DNA of 64,000 nucleotides from positions 511,521 through 575,520 of the forward strand of contig JANVYR010000002.1 in NCBI GenBank assembly GCA_030059665.1, in the 5' to 3' direction. This document shows, piece by piece, positions 10,786-19,714 of this stretch. The stretch is from Candidatus Calditenuis fumarioli. Its GTDB lineage: Archaea; Thermoproteota; Nitrososphaeria_A; Caldarchaeales; Calditenuaceae. The stretch's first letter is position 1. Every line of letters begins with the position of its first letter. The position numbers and the translations under genes were made by a program. The notes beneath the pieces were generated by a model. That model searched no databases. It worked only from the letters and a program-made list of their open reading frames with translations, and had not been told where the DNA came from.

Positions 10786-10803
10786 AACGGAGCCAAGAAC
10801 TGG

Positions 10804-11703
10804 ATGTTAGAGGAAGCCATAAGGAAGATCGAGGAGCTCCGTCAACGTGCGGAGAAGTTCAGGGCGGAGCTGAGCAAGAACGAGATGCTGACGAGGTACG
10901 CGCTGATCGATCCATTTCTCCGGCTTCTGGGCTGGAACACCGAGGACCCGACACAGGTGAAGCCTGAGTACTCGACGGGTGCGGGCAGGCCGGACTACGC
11001 GCTGATGAAAGACGACGGGACCATTCTGGCGTTCATAGGCGCGAAGAGCTTGGGCAAGACCGAGGACCTGACCCAGTACATAGCCTACTGCGTCCAGGTG
11101 GGCGTCAGGTACTTCGTCGCCACCGACGGCGTGAGGTGGGAGGTCTATGACGCTCTCAAGGAGAGGCCCCTGTCGGAGAAGAGGATCACCAGCTGGGACA
11201 TCTTGAACGAAAAACCCGGTGAGGTCCTGAGGAAGGCGTTCGTCCTCTTCAGGTTCGCGCCCTTCAGCGGAGAGGCTCCGGCTCCGATCGGGCAGGCGCA
11301 GCCACAGGTCAACGTGAAGGTCGATGAGACCGAAGGCGTCCCGCTCTCCGACCTCAGAGTGAAACCGGGTTCAGCGCTTCCCTACAGGATCATCAGGTTC
11401 CCCGACGGACGGGAGTATGAGGTGCGATGGTGGAATGACCTTCTGGAGCAATCTGCCAAGTGGCTGGTCGAGACCGGGCGGTTGACCCGCGACAAACTGC
11501 CGATTCCGTTAGGTGGGACACGCTACCTCGTCCATCACGAACCTGTGCATCCTAATGGAAAGAGGTTTCGCAACCCTAAACACATAGGCGATTTCTGGGT
11601 CGAAACACATGACTCCGCTGAACGGTTAGTCGAGCAGGCGACGCGCCTCCTGCAGCAGTACGGCAATGTGGACCCGAGGCAGGTCATACTTCTGAAACGG
11701 TGA
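10804..11703 (+). CDS. HsdR-N/PD-(D/E)xK-like restriction-endonuclease domain (Glu replaced by Gly) fused to an unknown, possibly SeqA-like, C-terminal domain
   Basis: EMLTRYALIDPFLRLLGW..VKPEY..RPDYAL..FIGAK..ATDGVRW; the C-terminal half has atypical codon usage. Confidence 0.75.
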   Translation: MLEEAIRKIEELRQRAEKFRAELSKNEMLTRYALIDPFLRLLGWNTEDPTQVKPEYSTGAGRPDYALMKDDGTILAFIGAKSLGKTEDLTQYIAYCVQVGVRYFVATDGVRWEVYDALKERPLSEKRITSWDILNEKPGEVLRKAFVLFRFAPFSGEAPAPIGQAQPQVNVKVDETEGVPLSDLRVKPGSALPYRIIRFPDGREYEVRWWNDLLEQSAKWLVETGRLTRDKLPIPLGGTRYLVHHEPVHPNGKRFRNPKHIGDFWVETHDSAERLVEQATRLLQQYGNVDPRQVILLKR

Positions 11704-11709
11704 GGGCGC

Positions 11710-11770
11710 GGGGTCAGGGTGAGCTGGGCTCCTCATCCGTCGTCGGATACTGCGACCCTCTTCATCCCCC
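11710..11770 (-). ncRNA. Box C/D methylation-guide sRNA (probable 23S rRNA target)
   Basis: Minus strand: GGGGG ATGAAGA (C) GGGTCGCAGTAT CCGA (D') CGACGG ATGAGGA (C') GCCCAGCTCACC CTGA (D) CCCC. Two 12-nt guides, a terminal G/C stem, and an upstream CTAAATTT TATA-like element. Confidence 0.85.
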
Positions 11771-11822
11771 ATCTGCCGGTCGACGCGGTGAAATTTAGCC
11801 ACGAGGCAGGACATATTAGGGC

Positions 11823-12548
11823 TTGGACTGGGTGGAGCTGCGCGCCCTGCCGGCCGAGCTGAGGCTCCAGCTCTCCTACCCGAGGAGGGTGCCGGGGTAC
11901 GCCGAGCGGGTCCTGCGGGACATGGAGGCGCTCGGGGTGGAGAGGGTGGCGGTCGAGGGCGGGTCGCTGGTCCTTCTCGGGAAGGGCTTCAGGAACGCGG
12001 TCTTCCTCGTCGCGACGGAGAGGGGCGAGGCGGCCCTCAAGGTCAGGCGAGACGACGCTCCCTCCACCAGCGTAGGTCGGGAAGCCTTGGTTCACGCGGC
12101 CGCCAACAGGGCGGGCGTCGGGCCCATCCTCTTCGGAAGCGGCGAGCACTCGCTCCTGATGGAGGTCGTCGTGGGCAGGCCGCTAAGGCTCTGGTTGGAA
12201 GAGGCCTCGGGCGAGGAGGTGAGGCGCGTGGTGGGCGAGGTGCTGAGACAGTGCAGGGCACTCGACCTCGCGGGGATAGACCACGGAGAGCTCTCGAGGG
12301 CCAGAAAGCACGTGATCGTCACAGCCGATGCATCGGTCAAGCTTATCGACTTCGGCGCGGCCAGGTTCAGCTCAAGGCCCAGGAACGTCACCTCGATCGT
12401 GCGCTACCTAACGTCGAGAGAGGTCATGCAGTTGCTGGAGGAGAAGCTGGGATCTCCGGAGCTGGATCTCGAGCTGGTGAGGGAGTACGCGAGAACGCTC
12501 TCCGAGGAGTCCTACAGGAGGGTCCTCTCCTCGCTCAGGGTGATCTGA
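11823..12548 (+). CDS. Atypical Ser/Thr protein kinase (RIO/Bud32-like)
   Basis: LGKGFRNAVFL, ALKVRRDD, DHGELSR..KHVIV, IDFG. Confidence 0.85.
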   Translation: MDWVELRALPAELRLQLSYPRRVPGYAERVLRDMEALGVERVAVEGGSLVLLGKGFRNAVFLVATERGEAALKVRRDDAPSTSVGREALVHAAANRAGVGPILFGSGEHSLLMEVVVGRPLRLWLEEASGEEVRRVVGEVLRQCRALDLAGIDHGELSRARKHVIVTADASVKLIDFGAARFSSRPRNVTSIVRYLTSREVMQLLEEKLGSPELDLELVREYARTLSEESYRRVLSSLRVI

Positions 12549-12575
12549 GGTACCGTTTTTCACAGACCGTTAGCG

Positions 12576-13343
12576 GTGTGTCCCGTGGTCAGGCTCGAGG
12601 AGGTCGCGGAGGGATGCCCGGAGACGACCAGGCTCTACCTCGAGGACGCGTACCTCAGGGAGGTGGAGGCAGAGGTGATCCGGTACGTACCCGAGACCAA
12701 GAAGTCGGGGTACCTGGTGCTCGACGCGACGATCTTCCACCCGAAGGGAGGCGGGCAGCCTAGCGATACGGGTGAGGTGGTAGCGTCCGACGGATCGCGC
12801 TTCAGGGTGAGGAAGGTCCTCGAGGCAGGGCCGGTCGTTGTGCACTACGGCCAGGTCGTTCAGGGCGATCCGCCTACCGGCAGGGTCAGGCTCCTCCTGG
12901 ACTGGGAACCACGGTATCAGGTGATGAGGTATCACACTGCGGGACACGTGCTCGACCACGCGGTCCTCAGCGTCGTGGGAGGCGATTTGAGATCGGCTTC
13001 GGCCTTCCACGGCCCTCCCGAGGGGTACATCGAGTTCGAGGGGGAGCTGGGCGCTGTGGACCCGAGGGCGCTCGAGGCCGAGGCCAACCGCGTCGTGGGT
13101 GAGGACAGGAGGGTCTACGCGATCTGGGTCGGGAAGGAGGAGCTCCCGGGGAAAGTGAAAGGGGCTTTCAACCTCTCGCGGCTGCCGGACCTGCCGAGGT
13201 ACCGGGTGGTCGTGATCGAGGGGATCAACGCGATACCGTGTGGAGGGACCCACGTCTCGCGCACAGGAGAGGTCGGAAAAGTTCGGGTTACGGGGATCGA
13301 CGTCTCCGGAGGTCTGAGCAGGGTCAGGTACAGGGTGGAGTGA
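12576..13343 (+). CDS. alaX: Alanyl-tRNA editing protein AlaX (AlaXp-M)
   Basis: LYLEDAY, TIFHPKGGGQPSDTG, MRYHTAGHVL, PCGGTHV Zn-binding motifs. Confidence 0.93.
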   Translation: MCPVVRLEEVAEGCPETTRLYLEDAYLREVEAEVIRYVPETKKSGYLVLDATIFHPKGGGQPSDTGEVVASDGSRFRVRKVLEAGPVVVHYGQVVQGDPPTGRVRLLLDWEPRYQVMRYHTAGHVLDHAVLSVVGGDLRSASAFHGPPEGYIEFEGELGAVDPRALEAEANRVVGEDRRVYAIWVGKEELPGKVKGAFNLSRLPDLPRYRVVVIEGINAIPCGGTHVSRTGEVGKVRVTGIDVSGGLSRVRYRVE

Positions 13344-13348
13344 GTGGG

Positions 13349-13633
13349 TCAGATGAACTCGGTCGGCTTCCGCTCCTCCCTCGCACGCACCTTCAGCACG
13401 CCGTAGTGGATGGCGCACGAGATGCAGAGGTTCTGGGTGATCACGTTCTCAGCAATGTACGCGCCCATCGACTTCAGCTCCCTCGCGAGATCGCCCCTGA
13501 CCAGCGACACCCTCCTGGTGACCCTCTGCGCTTTGCTGCGGGGAACGAAGGCTCCGCAGTTGTCGCACTGGACCATCGGCTCTGAGCCCTTCTGGCCCTT
13601 CGCCCTCCCACGGTTCTTCCGCTTGACCGGCAT
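13349..13633 (-). CDS. rps26e: 30S ribosomal protein S26e
   Basis: MPVKRKNRGRAKG..VQCDNCG..VPRSKA..CISCAIH. Confidence 0.97.
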   Translation of the reverse strand: MPVKRKNRGRAKGQKGSEPMVQCDNCGAFVPRSKAQRVTRRVSLVRGDLARELKSMGAYIAENVITQNLCISCAIHYGVLKVRAREERKPTEFI

Positions 13634-13765
13634 GACCGGACCTCCTTCACCTCACCAGCTATAAAGCGTTCCGGGCCAACCAGAGGGTACGGCCCTCTGC
13701 GTCACCCGTGGAGGGGAGATGCGTCGGCGATGCGGTCTCGAAGGTCGACGTTCAGAAAGACGTGA

Positions 13766-15127
13766 TCAGCGTCTGCGGTAGTAGAACGCCTTGTAGTGCG
13801 TACCGAAGATGTCCTCTGGCCTCCTGCCCACCTCCTCGGGCTCGATGTAGGTCTCCATCACCTGCGCGGGATCCAGGTCCTCGCCGGCGGGTCCGAGCCA
13901 CTTCCTCTCGAGCAGGTACCTAATGCCCCACCTGACCTCGGGCACGTCGATCTCCCTGATCACCGGCTCGAAGAACCCGAAGGCGATGAGCTTGACCGCC
14001 TCTTCCCTCGGTATGCCCCTGCACATCAGGTAGAAGAGGTGCTCTGGGTCGATCTGCGCGACGCTGGCCGAGTGCGTCGCCTTGACGTTGTCCGTCTCTA
14101 TCTCGAGCCCCGGTATGGCGTCGGCCCTCGCCTCGGGACTCAGAAGCATCGCGTGCTCCGCGAGGTACGCACCGGTGTTCTTCGCCTCCCTCTCGATCCT
14201 GATGATCCCCTTGAAGAGCGTCCTGGACCTTCCTCCGCCGATGCCCTTCGCGTGGACCCTCCCCACCGTGTCTGGCGCGACGTGCTTCAGGTTCAGCGTG
14301 ACGTCGAACATCTGGGTTCCACCGGTCATCGTCACCTCCAGAGCGTCGGCCCTCGCCCCTCTGCCCGCGAGGACGTTGTCGACCCTGTACTTCGCCTTGC
14401 CTCCACCGATGAGCGCTCCGGACCAGAACTGGTGAGCGTCGTTTCCTGTGACGGACCTGCTGAACGAGACGAAGACCGATTCCTCCGATAGGTTCTCGAG
14501 CACCGCGTACCTGACCCTCGACCCGTTCCCTCCCAGCACGTGCACGATGTTGCCGATCAGAACAGGTCCGTCCAGCGAGTGGTACTCGTCCACCACCCGA
14601 ACGTCGGTGTTGTCGCCGGCGATCACCAGGGTGTAGGCCGACGTGGCGCTGTTCCTTCCGGAACCCGCCCAGACGAACCTGACCCTGACCGGCTCATCGA
14701 CCCCGCTCGGGACCTTGACCAGCGCCCCCGAGTTCAGCCTCGATACGAGGTAAGTCAGGGGCCTGCTCTCGTCGAGCCTCACGCCTTCCTCAATTCCCCT
14801 CCTGACCTCGGCCTCGGCCCTCCTCAGCGCCTCCTCCAGCGACAGGGCCACCACGCCCCTCCTCGAGTAGGCCTCTGGTACCCTGATCAGCGCGGGCCAG
14901 CCGTCGACGTGGAGCACCACCACCTCCTCCACCTCCTCGAGACCCCTGAACCGCTCTGGCAACGATTCGGACTCGTGCGTCTCGAAGTCCCAATCCCTGC
15001 CCTCTAGGTCCTGCGAGACCGGGATGTGGTGCTTAACGTACAGCGGGCTAGCCTCCTCCCCTATCGACTGGTACGCGGCCCTCGCCCTCTCCCTCAGCTG
15101 CGCCAGCCACCCCGGAACCCCTTTCAT
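13766..15127 (-). CDS. sufD: Fe-S cluster assembly protein SufD
   Basis: Beta-helix core, FKGIIRI, LLSPEARADAIPGLEIETDNVKATHSASVAQIDPEHLFYLMCRGI; ATG 15127. Confidence 0.9.
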   Translation of the reverse strand: MKGVPGWLAQLRERARAAYQSIGEEASPLYVKHHIPVSQDLEGRDWDFETHESESLPERFRGLEEVEEVVVLHVDGWPALIRVPEAYSRRGVVALSLEEALRRAEAEVRRGIEEGVRLDESRPLTYLVSRLNSGALVKVPSGVDEPVRVRFVWAGSGRNSATSAYTLVIAGDNTDVRVVDEYHSLDGPVLIGNIVHVLGGNGSRVRYAVLENLSEESVFVSFSRSVTGNDAHQFWSGALIGGGKAKYRVDNVLAGRGARADALEVTMTGGTQMFDVTLNLKHVAPDTVGRVHAKGIGGGRSRTLFKGIIRIEREAKNTGAYLAEHAMLLSPEARADAIPGLEIETDNVKATHSASVAQIDPEHLFYLMCRGIPREEAVKLIAFGFFEPVIREIDVPEVRWGIRYLLERKWLGPAGEDLDPAQVMETYIEPEEVGRRPEDIFGTHYKAFYYRRR

Positions 15128-15389
15128 ACCGGCTCCCAATCGCACCTCACCTTATTTCCGTATCACGCCCTACGTCTGCGTTGTAGTTCCTCCACCGATC
15201 GGTTGGGACCTTGAACGATGGAATCGGTCATCACCGTCCCTCCGCAGTCCGGCGAGCGACCTCTTCCGTTAACCATGAAGATCGAGGGCCTCGGGGACCG
15301 CTGACCTCGATCAGGAGCGCAACCATATCGACTAAGGCGGAGAGACCTCACACAGCAAGCGCGGTGAAACCGCAGACTACCTGCTCTTC

Positions 15390-15821
15390 TCAGTCCAGAA
15401 TCCATTCGCTAACCTCGTTCAGCAGATGCTCTAACGACTCCTGAAGCTTGCTCTGCTGGAGGTTCACGGAGTACCCCCTCGACGTCCTAACGATCAACCT
15501 CTCGCTTGGATGTCGGTATCTATCCAAAATTTTCTTGAGCTTTTCTTTGTCGAAATCCGGCAAGTCCTGCAGCTCCTCCGGAGTTAAAGCCGGTGACCCC
15601 GAGTGTCCCAGCGCGAAGGAGTATGCGCGACCGAGGAGTAGGGCCATCAGCGAGAGGTCTTCACGGCCCGGAATCTCGAGCAGCAGCACGACCTCGCCGT
15701 TGTCCAGCACCTTAACGACCTTGGTTAACTTCGCCTCATACCTCCTGAAGACCCTCAAGATTTCACGTCGACTGATCAGTAGCGCGCTTCTGACGACGTG
15801 CTTTTGGGCGCGCTGCGGCAT
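15390..15821 (-). CDS. Hypothetical winged-helix protein (paralogue B)
   Basis: ATG 15821: MPQRAQKHVVRS..VKVLDNGEVVL..ALLLGRAYSFALGH..ALTPEELQ..LIVRTSRGYSVN; low-GC segment. Confidence 0.7.
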   Translation of the reverse strand: MPQRAQKHVVRSALLISRREILRVFRRYEAKLTKVVKVLDNGEVVLLLEIPGREDLSLMALLLGRAYSFALGHSGSPALTPEELQDLPDFDKEKLKKILDRYRHPSERLIVRTSRGYSVNLQQSKLQESLEHLLNEVSEWILD

Positions 15822-15823
15822 GG

Positions 15824-16243
15824 CTAGACCGAGACGCCTCCCCCATGGGGCTGTTCGACCAGCCTTTGGAGCCTCTGCTTCAGTGATAATATCCCTCCGA
15901 TCGCGATCTCGTAACCCGCAGCTCCTCTTTTGATCTCGCCGTACCTCACACAATTCGCCAATCTTGGAGAGACCGTGGTTGCGGGCAGTGAGAGGGCCTC
16001 TGCTATATCTCTGAGGCGCGCGGCCGGTGAGTCCACGAGACCTGCTATATGCGCCAACTTCCTCCCAACAAGGTACAACAGGATCAGCTCCGTTTGCGTC
16101 ACCAGCGACCTGTCGACGGTCAGTATGACGGTTCCGTCCTCGGTCAATTGTATGAAGCGCTTGAAGAACTTGATGTCGTCTTCCGTGAGCGTCTCGGATC
16201 TGACCATCTCCCTCCTGATCAGCTCCCTCAGGTCCTCTCCCAA
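15824..16243 (-). CDS. Hypothetical winged-helix protein (paralogue A)
   Basis: IQLTEDGTVIL..LILLYLVGRKLAHIAGL..LRDIAEAL..TVSPRL..IKRGAAGYEI. Confidence 0.75.
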   Translation of the reverse strand: MGEDLRELIRREMVRSETLTEDDIKFFKRFIQLTEDGTVILTVDRSLVTQTELILLYLVGRKLAHIAGLVDSPAARLRDIAEALSLPATTVSPRLANCVRYGEIKRGAAGYEIAIGGILSLKQRLQRLVEQPHGGGVSV

Positions 16244-16506
16244 CTCTGCGCATCGAAATCTGGGTCCGGAATCTAAAGGTTTGTCACCTCATTATCCGCG
16301 CTGCATTCCGGCGCTCGAACAACTGCGGTCCTTTACGTGGTCCTGACGGCCGACGCGTTGGCTCCTCGACGCACGAAATCGACCCCAAACAGGCCCAACA
16401 TGCGGCAGCGAGTCCGACCTGAACCTCCTAGGGCGGCGTACTGTAGCCGCGGATTCGCCGATCTCCGCAACGCCCTCCTCAGACCGATAGCTATCGCTTC
16501 AGAGGC

Positions 16507-16899
16507 TCAGGCAGCCTTCCAGGCCTTCAGCCCCTCCCGGCCCTTCTCGAGGAGCGTCTTCCGGTATTCGTCGCTGAGATCGAGCTGAACGATCATCACG
16601 TTCGAGACGTGTATCGGCACCCGGACCTCGGTCCCGTCGACCTTCTTACGCGTCACGTTCTCGAGGTAGACGAACTGCCTCTCCCTGTCGACCTCCACGA
16701 CCTTCGCTGTAACGCCCTTGTACTCTCCTCTGAGGACCTTGACCGTGTCTCCCGTCCTGACCGGCAGCGACCTCCTTCCGTACTTCTCCCTCAGCTCAGG
16801 CGAGAGGTGGGCGGACATCAGCTTGTGCGGCCAAACCCGGGTCAGGATCCTCCTGAGAACCCGCTGCTTCCTCGGCTTCGACGACGTCACCGTCACCAC
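16507..16899 (-). CDS. rpl24: 50S ribosomal protein L24 (uL24)
   Basis: SSKPRKQR, MSAHLSPELREKYGRRSLPVRTGDTVKVLRG, IHVSNVMI. Confidence 0.97.
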   Translation of the reverse strand: MVTVTSSKPRKQRVLRRILTRVWPHKLMSAHLSPELREKYGRRSLPVRTGDTVKVLRGEYKGVTAKVVEVDRERQFVYLENVTRKKVDGTEVRVPIHVSNVMIVQLDLSDEYRKTLLEKGREGLKAWKAA

Positions 16900-16993
16900 G
16901 CCGCCTCACCTGGGCGTCCATGCCCCATCGCTTTGTAATAACCCCAATCCCGAGAGGTTCGGAGGTGAGAGGTGAACGCGCGACGGAGCCCTG

Positions 16994-18382
16994 CTAACCG
17001 CTGACCTCCCTGACGATCTCCATCTCCCTACGGGCGCCGGCCTCGACCGTGCACTGCTCCGCGGTCTCGTAGCCGTTCGATCCCATACGCTCCGCGAGCT
17101 CTTCGTCCGACAGCAACTTCGCGAGCAGCTCCGCAAGCGCATCAACGTCGTCCGGGTCGTACGTGAAGCCGTTCCATCCCTCACGGACGAGCTCGGCGAC
17201 ACCGGCGCTTCTGCTGACGACCACCGGCTTCCGGTAGAACCAGCCCTCGATCACAGCGAGTCCAAACCCCTCGACCAGAGAGGGCAGCAACACCACATCG
17301 GCCCTGCTGTACATGGCCCTCAGCTCGGACGACGAGAGGTACCCGGCCAGGATCACCCTGCCCTCGAGGCCGAGCTCCTGCGTAAGCTGCATCAAGCTGG
17401 CCCTCCACCTCTCGCCTTTGGGAAGTGCCAGGCCGGACCTGGAGCTGCTGAAGCTGCCATCGCCTACGAGGACGAGCTTGGCCGAATCGACCGACCTGAT
17501 CACGCCGCGCATCGCCTTCACCGCCCTGTCCTGCCCCTTGATCGGGTCCATCCGAGCCACGACCAGCACCACCCTGTCCTCGTCCCCCAGCCCCAACCGC
17601 TCGCTGACCTGCTTGACATCAAGCGGATCTGGCTCACGGTACTGGGACCTGTCGAGGTACGGGTAAAGGACGTGCGTCGGGACCGAGACGCCAGCCCTCC
17701 TCATGTTCTCCGAGTACCTCCGGGTGCTGACCACCACCGCGTCGTACTGGTTGATCAGCTCCACCAGGGGGTTGCAGACCCTCTCGTACCTCAATGAGGT
17801 CTCGGTGAATGGTATGTGCCACCTGAAGAGCTTGGGCTTGAGAACCCTCAGCTTCGAGGCCAGCGGTGTCAGCTGGAAGTCGTGAACGTAGTAGACGTCA
17901 GGATCCACCTCGCGCTCCACCTCCTCGACCGCCTCCGCAAGCGCCCTGTTGACGCCGTGGTAGTCTCCGAGGCACTCCTCCCATATCCTCTCCATCTCCT
18001 CGTCGGGATGGGGGACGTCGTGGAAGAGGAGCCAGAGGCTCTCCTTCAGCTCGCCGTATCCCGGGGCCAGCGAGCTCTCCACCGCGACGAATTTCAGCCT
18101 TATGCTGCCTAGCCTCGCGTTCCTCGGCGCGTCCCTGTTCAGCGACACCCAGACGGACTCCTCCAGCTCTTGCCGATCGAAGGCCCACCTCAGGAAGGGG
18201 AGGACGGTCCTGGTGAGCCCGCTCGGAGGGAAATAGTAGTCCACGTCCTCCTTCATCTCACCCAGATCGACCTCGCCTGCTGTTCCCTTGGCCTCTCTCT
18301 CAGGCGACCACGACCTGAAGATCACCGCGGGCGTCTGGGTCACCACGCTGAGCGTGAGCGCTGACCGGGACCCATGCGTCAT
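16994..18382 (-). CDS. GT-B glycosyltransferase (GT4), trehalose-synthase (TreT)-like
   Basis: HDFQL..WHIPF, VARMDPIKGQ, EGFGLAVIEGW..KPVV. Confidence 0.8.
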   Translation of the reverse strand: MTHGSRSALTLSVVTQTPAVIFRSWSPEREAKGTAGEVDLGEMKEDVDYYFPPSGLTRTVLPFLRWAFDRQELEESVWVSLNRDAPRNARLGSIRLKFVAVESSLAPGYGELKESLWLLFHDVPHPDEEMERIWEECLGDYHGVNRALAEAVEEVEREVDPDVYYVHDFQLTPLASKLRVLKPKLFRWHIPFTETSLRYERVCNPLVELINQYDAVVVSTRRYSENMRRAGVSVPTHVLYPYLDRSQYREPDPLDVKQVSERLGLGDEDRVVLVVARMDPIKGQDRAVKAMRGVIRSVDSAKLVLVGDGSFSSSRSGLALPKGERWRASLMQLTQELGLEGRVILAGYLSSSELRAMYSRADVVLLPSLVEGFGLAVIEGWFYRKPVVVSRSAGVAELVREGWNGFTYDPDDVDALAELLAKLLSDEELAERMGSNGYETAEQCTVEAGARREMEIVREVSG

Positions 18383-18529
18383 GCCCCTCTCACACCCACA
18401 CCGTTCTCATAAAAACGACTCGGGAAATCGATCCGGAATCGGCTAGACGGAGAGCTGAGCGGCCTGATGTGCTCCGGAGATGCTTTGCACCAGCCTCAAC
18501 CGGGGATCCGTTACCGGTGATGCGGTGAG

Positions 18530-18964
18530 CTAAACGATGATGGAGGCGAGGTTAGCGATCTTCGGCCAGCGTTCCGCTGCCTCCTTAGCCACCGGACCCC
18601 TGATCTCGGTCGCCTTCACGTCTCCCTCCGGCGTGACCAGGACCCCAGCCGTGTCCTCGAACATGATCCAGGTCCCGTCGGGCCTTCGGTACGGCTTCCT
18701 CTGCCTCACGATCACCGCATACATCACCTTCTTCCTCAGCTCTATATCGCCCTTCTTCACGGTCACCGCCACCAGGTCGCCGACGCACGCAGCCGGCTGC
18801 CTCCTCAGCCTCGTCTTGAGCCCCATCACCTGAATTATCTTGAGGACCTGGGCGCCGGAGTTGTCGGTGCAGGTGATGTAGGATCCGACGTTGATGGTCC
18901 TCGGTATGTTGGGCTTCGTCAGCAGAAGACCTACCTCTGCGACCGCCCTCGACCTACGCGCCAC
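18530..18964 (-). CDS. rpl14: 50S ribosomal protein L14 (uL14)
   Basis: CTDNSGA, VGDLVAVTVKKG, AVIVRQRKPYRRPDG..FEDTAGV, GPVAKEAAERWPKIA. Confidence 0.98.
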   Translation of the reverse strand: MARRSRAVAEVGLLLTKPNIPRTINVGSYITCTDNSGAQVLKIIQVMGLKTRLRRQPAACVGDLVAVTVKKGDIELRKKVMYAVIVRQRKPYRRPDGTWIMFEDTAGVLVTPEGDVKATEIRGPVAKEAAERWPKIANLASIIV

Positions 18965-19310
18965 CGCCCATCCCCCTCGCCTTGGAGAGGTTCTCTATGA
19001 CCACGAAGCTCACGGTCTTGGAGATCGGCCTGCACTCCGCGAACCTGACCAGGTCACCGACCTCGACGTCGATGCACGGCGGTAGGTGGACCGACATCCT
19101 CTTCCGCTTCCGCATGTACCGCTTGTACTTCCTGACGTACAGGACGACGTCCCGCTCAACCACCACCGTGTTCCTCATGTACTTCTTGAACACCCTTCCC
19201 TCGAGGATGATGCCCCTCACCTTGAGGTGACCGTGGAAGGGGCAGGCCTTGTCCTCGCACACCTTCTCCGGCGGCACCACGTCTATACCGATGTTCCTGG
19301 CCTCCTTCAT
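18954..19310 (-). CDS. rps17: 30S ribosomal protein S17 (uS17)
   Basis: CEDKACPFHG, KYKRYMRK, VHLPPC, ECRPISKTVSFVV. Confidence 0.98.
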   Translation of the reverse strand: MKEARNIGIDVVPPEKVCEDKACPFHGHLKVRGIILEGRVFKKYMRNTVVVERDVVLYVRKYKRYMRKRKRMSVHLPPCIDVEVGDLVRFAECRPISKTVSFVVIENLSKARGMGGGA

Positions 19311-19396
19311 CTCCCCGCCGGATCAGCGGGTCTCGCGGAGATCTAATAAAGTTACGGGATCTCGGGAGCCAACGCACCTGAACCAACGCGCCAAGG

Positions 19397-19714
19397 CTAA
19401 CCGGGTCTAGTCCACCCGTACCTCATCGAGCGCTTCAGCCTCTCCGCGGGCATGCCGAGGAGCTTCCTCCCCTCGGTCCTGAGCCAGACGCCCTCTTTGA
19501 CCTGTAACGAGAGCGAGACGATCTGGTCCTTCGGCAGACGACGGAGCTCGCCCCCGTCGGTCCTGACGGTCAAAGTCCTCGCGGTCTCGTCGACCAGCGT
19601 CCCCCTGATTACGGATTTCCCGATCAGGATCTCCGCCCGGTACCCGAGAAGCGTTACGGGGAAGAGATCGCCTCGCCTCTCCCTGTGCCCCTCGGATCTA
19701 CCTCGACGCGGCAC
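19397..19714 (-). CDS. rnp1: RNase P protein subunit Rpp29 (Pop4)
   Basis: LLG..GTLVDETARTL..G..LLGMPAERLK; canonical position between L29 and S17. Confidence 0.85.
   Translation of the reverse strand: MPRRGRSEGHRERRGDLFPVTLLGYRAEILIGKSVIRGTLVDETARTLTVRTDGGELRRLPKDQIVSLSLQVKEGVWLRTEGRKLLGMPAERLKRSMRYGWTRPG

Noticed and set aside
15185-15240. Minus-strand GTGATGA...CCGA-TCG-GTGGAGGA motif
   Set aside because: The guide length is wrong (25 nt) and there is no terminal D box.
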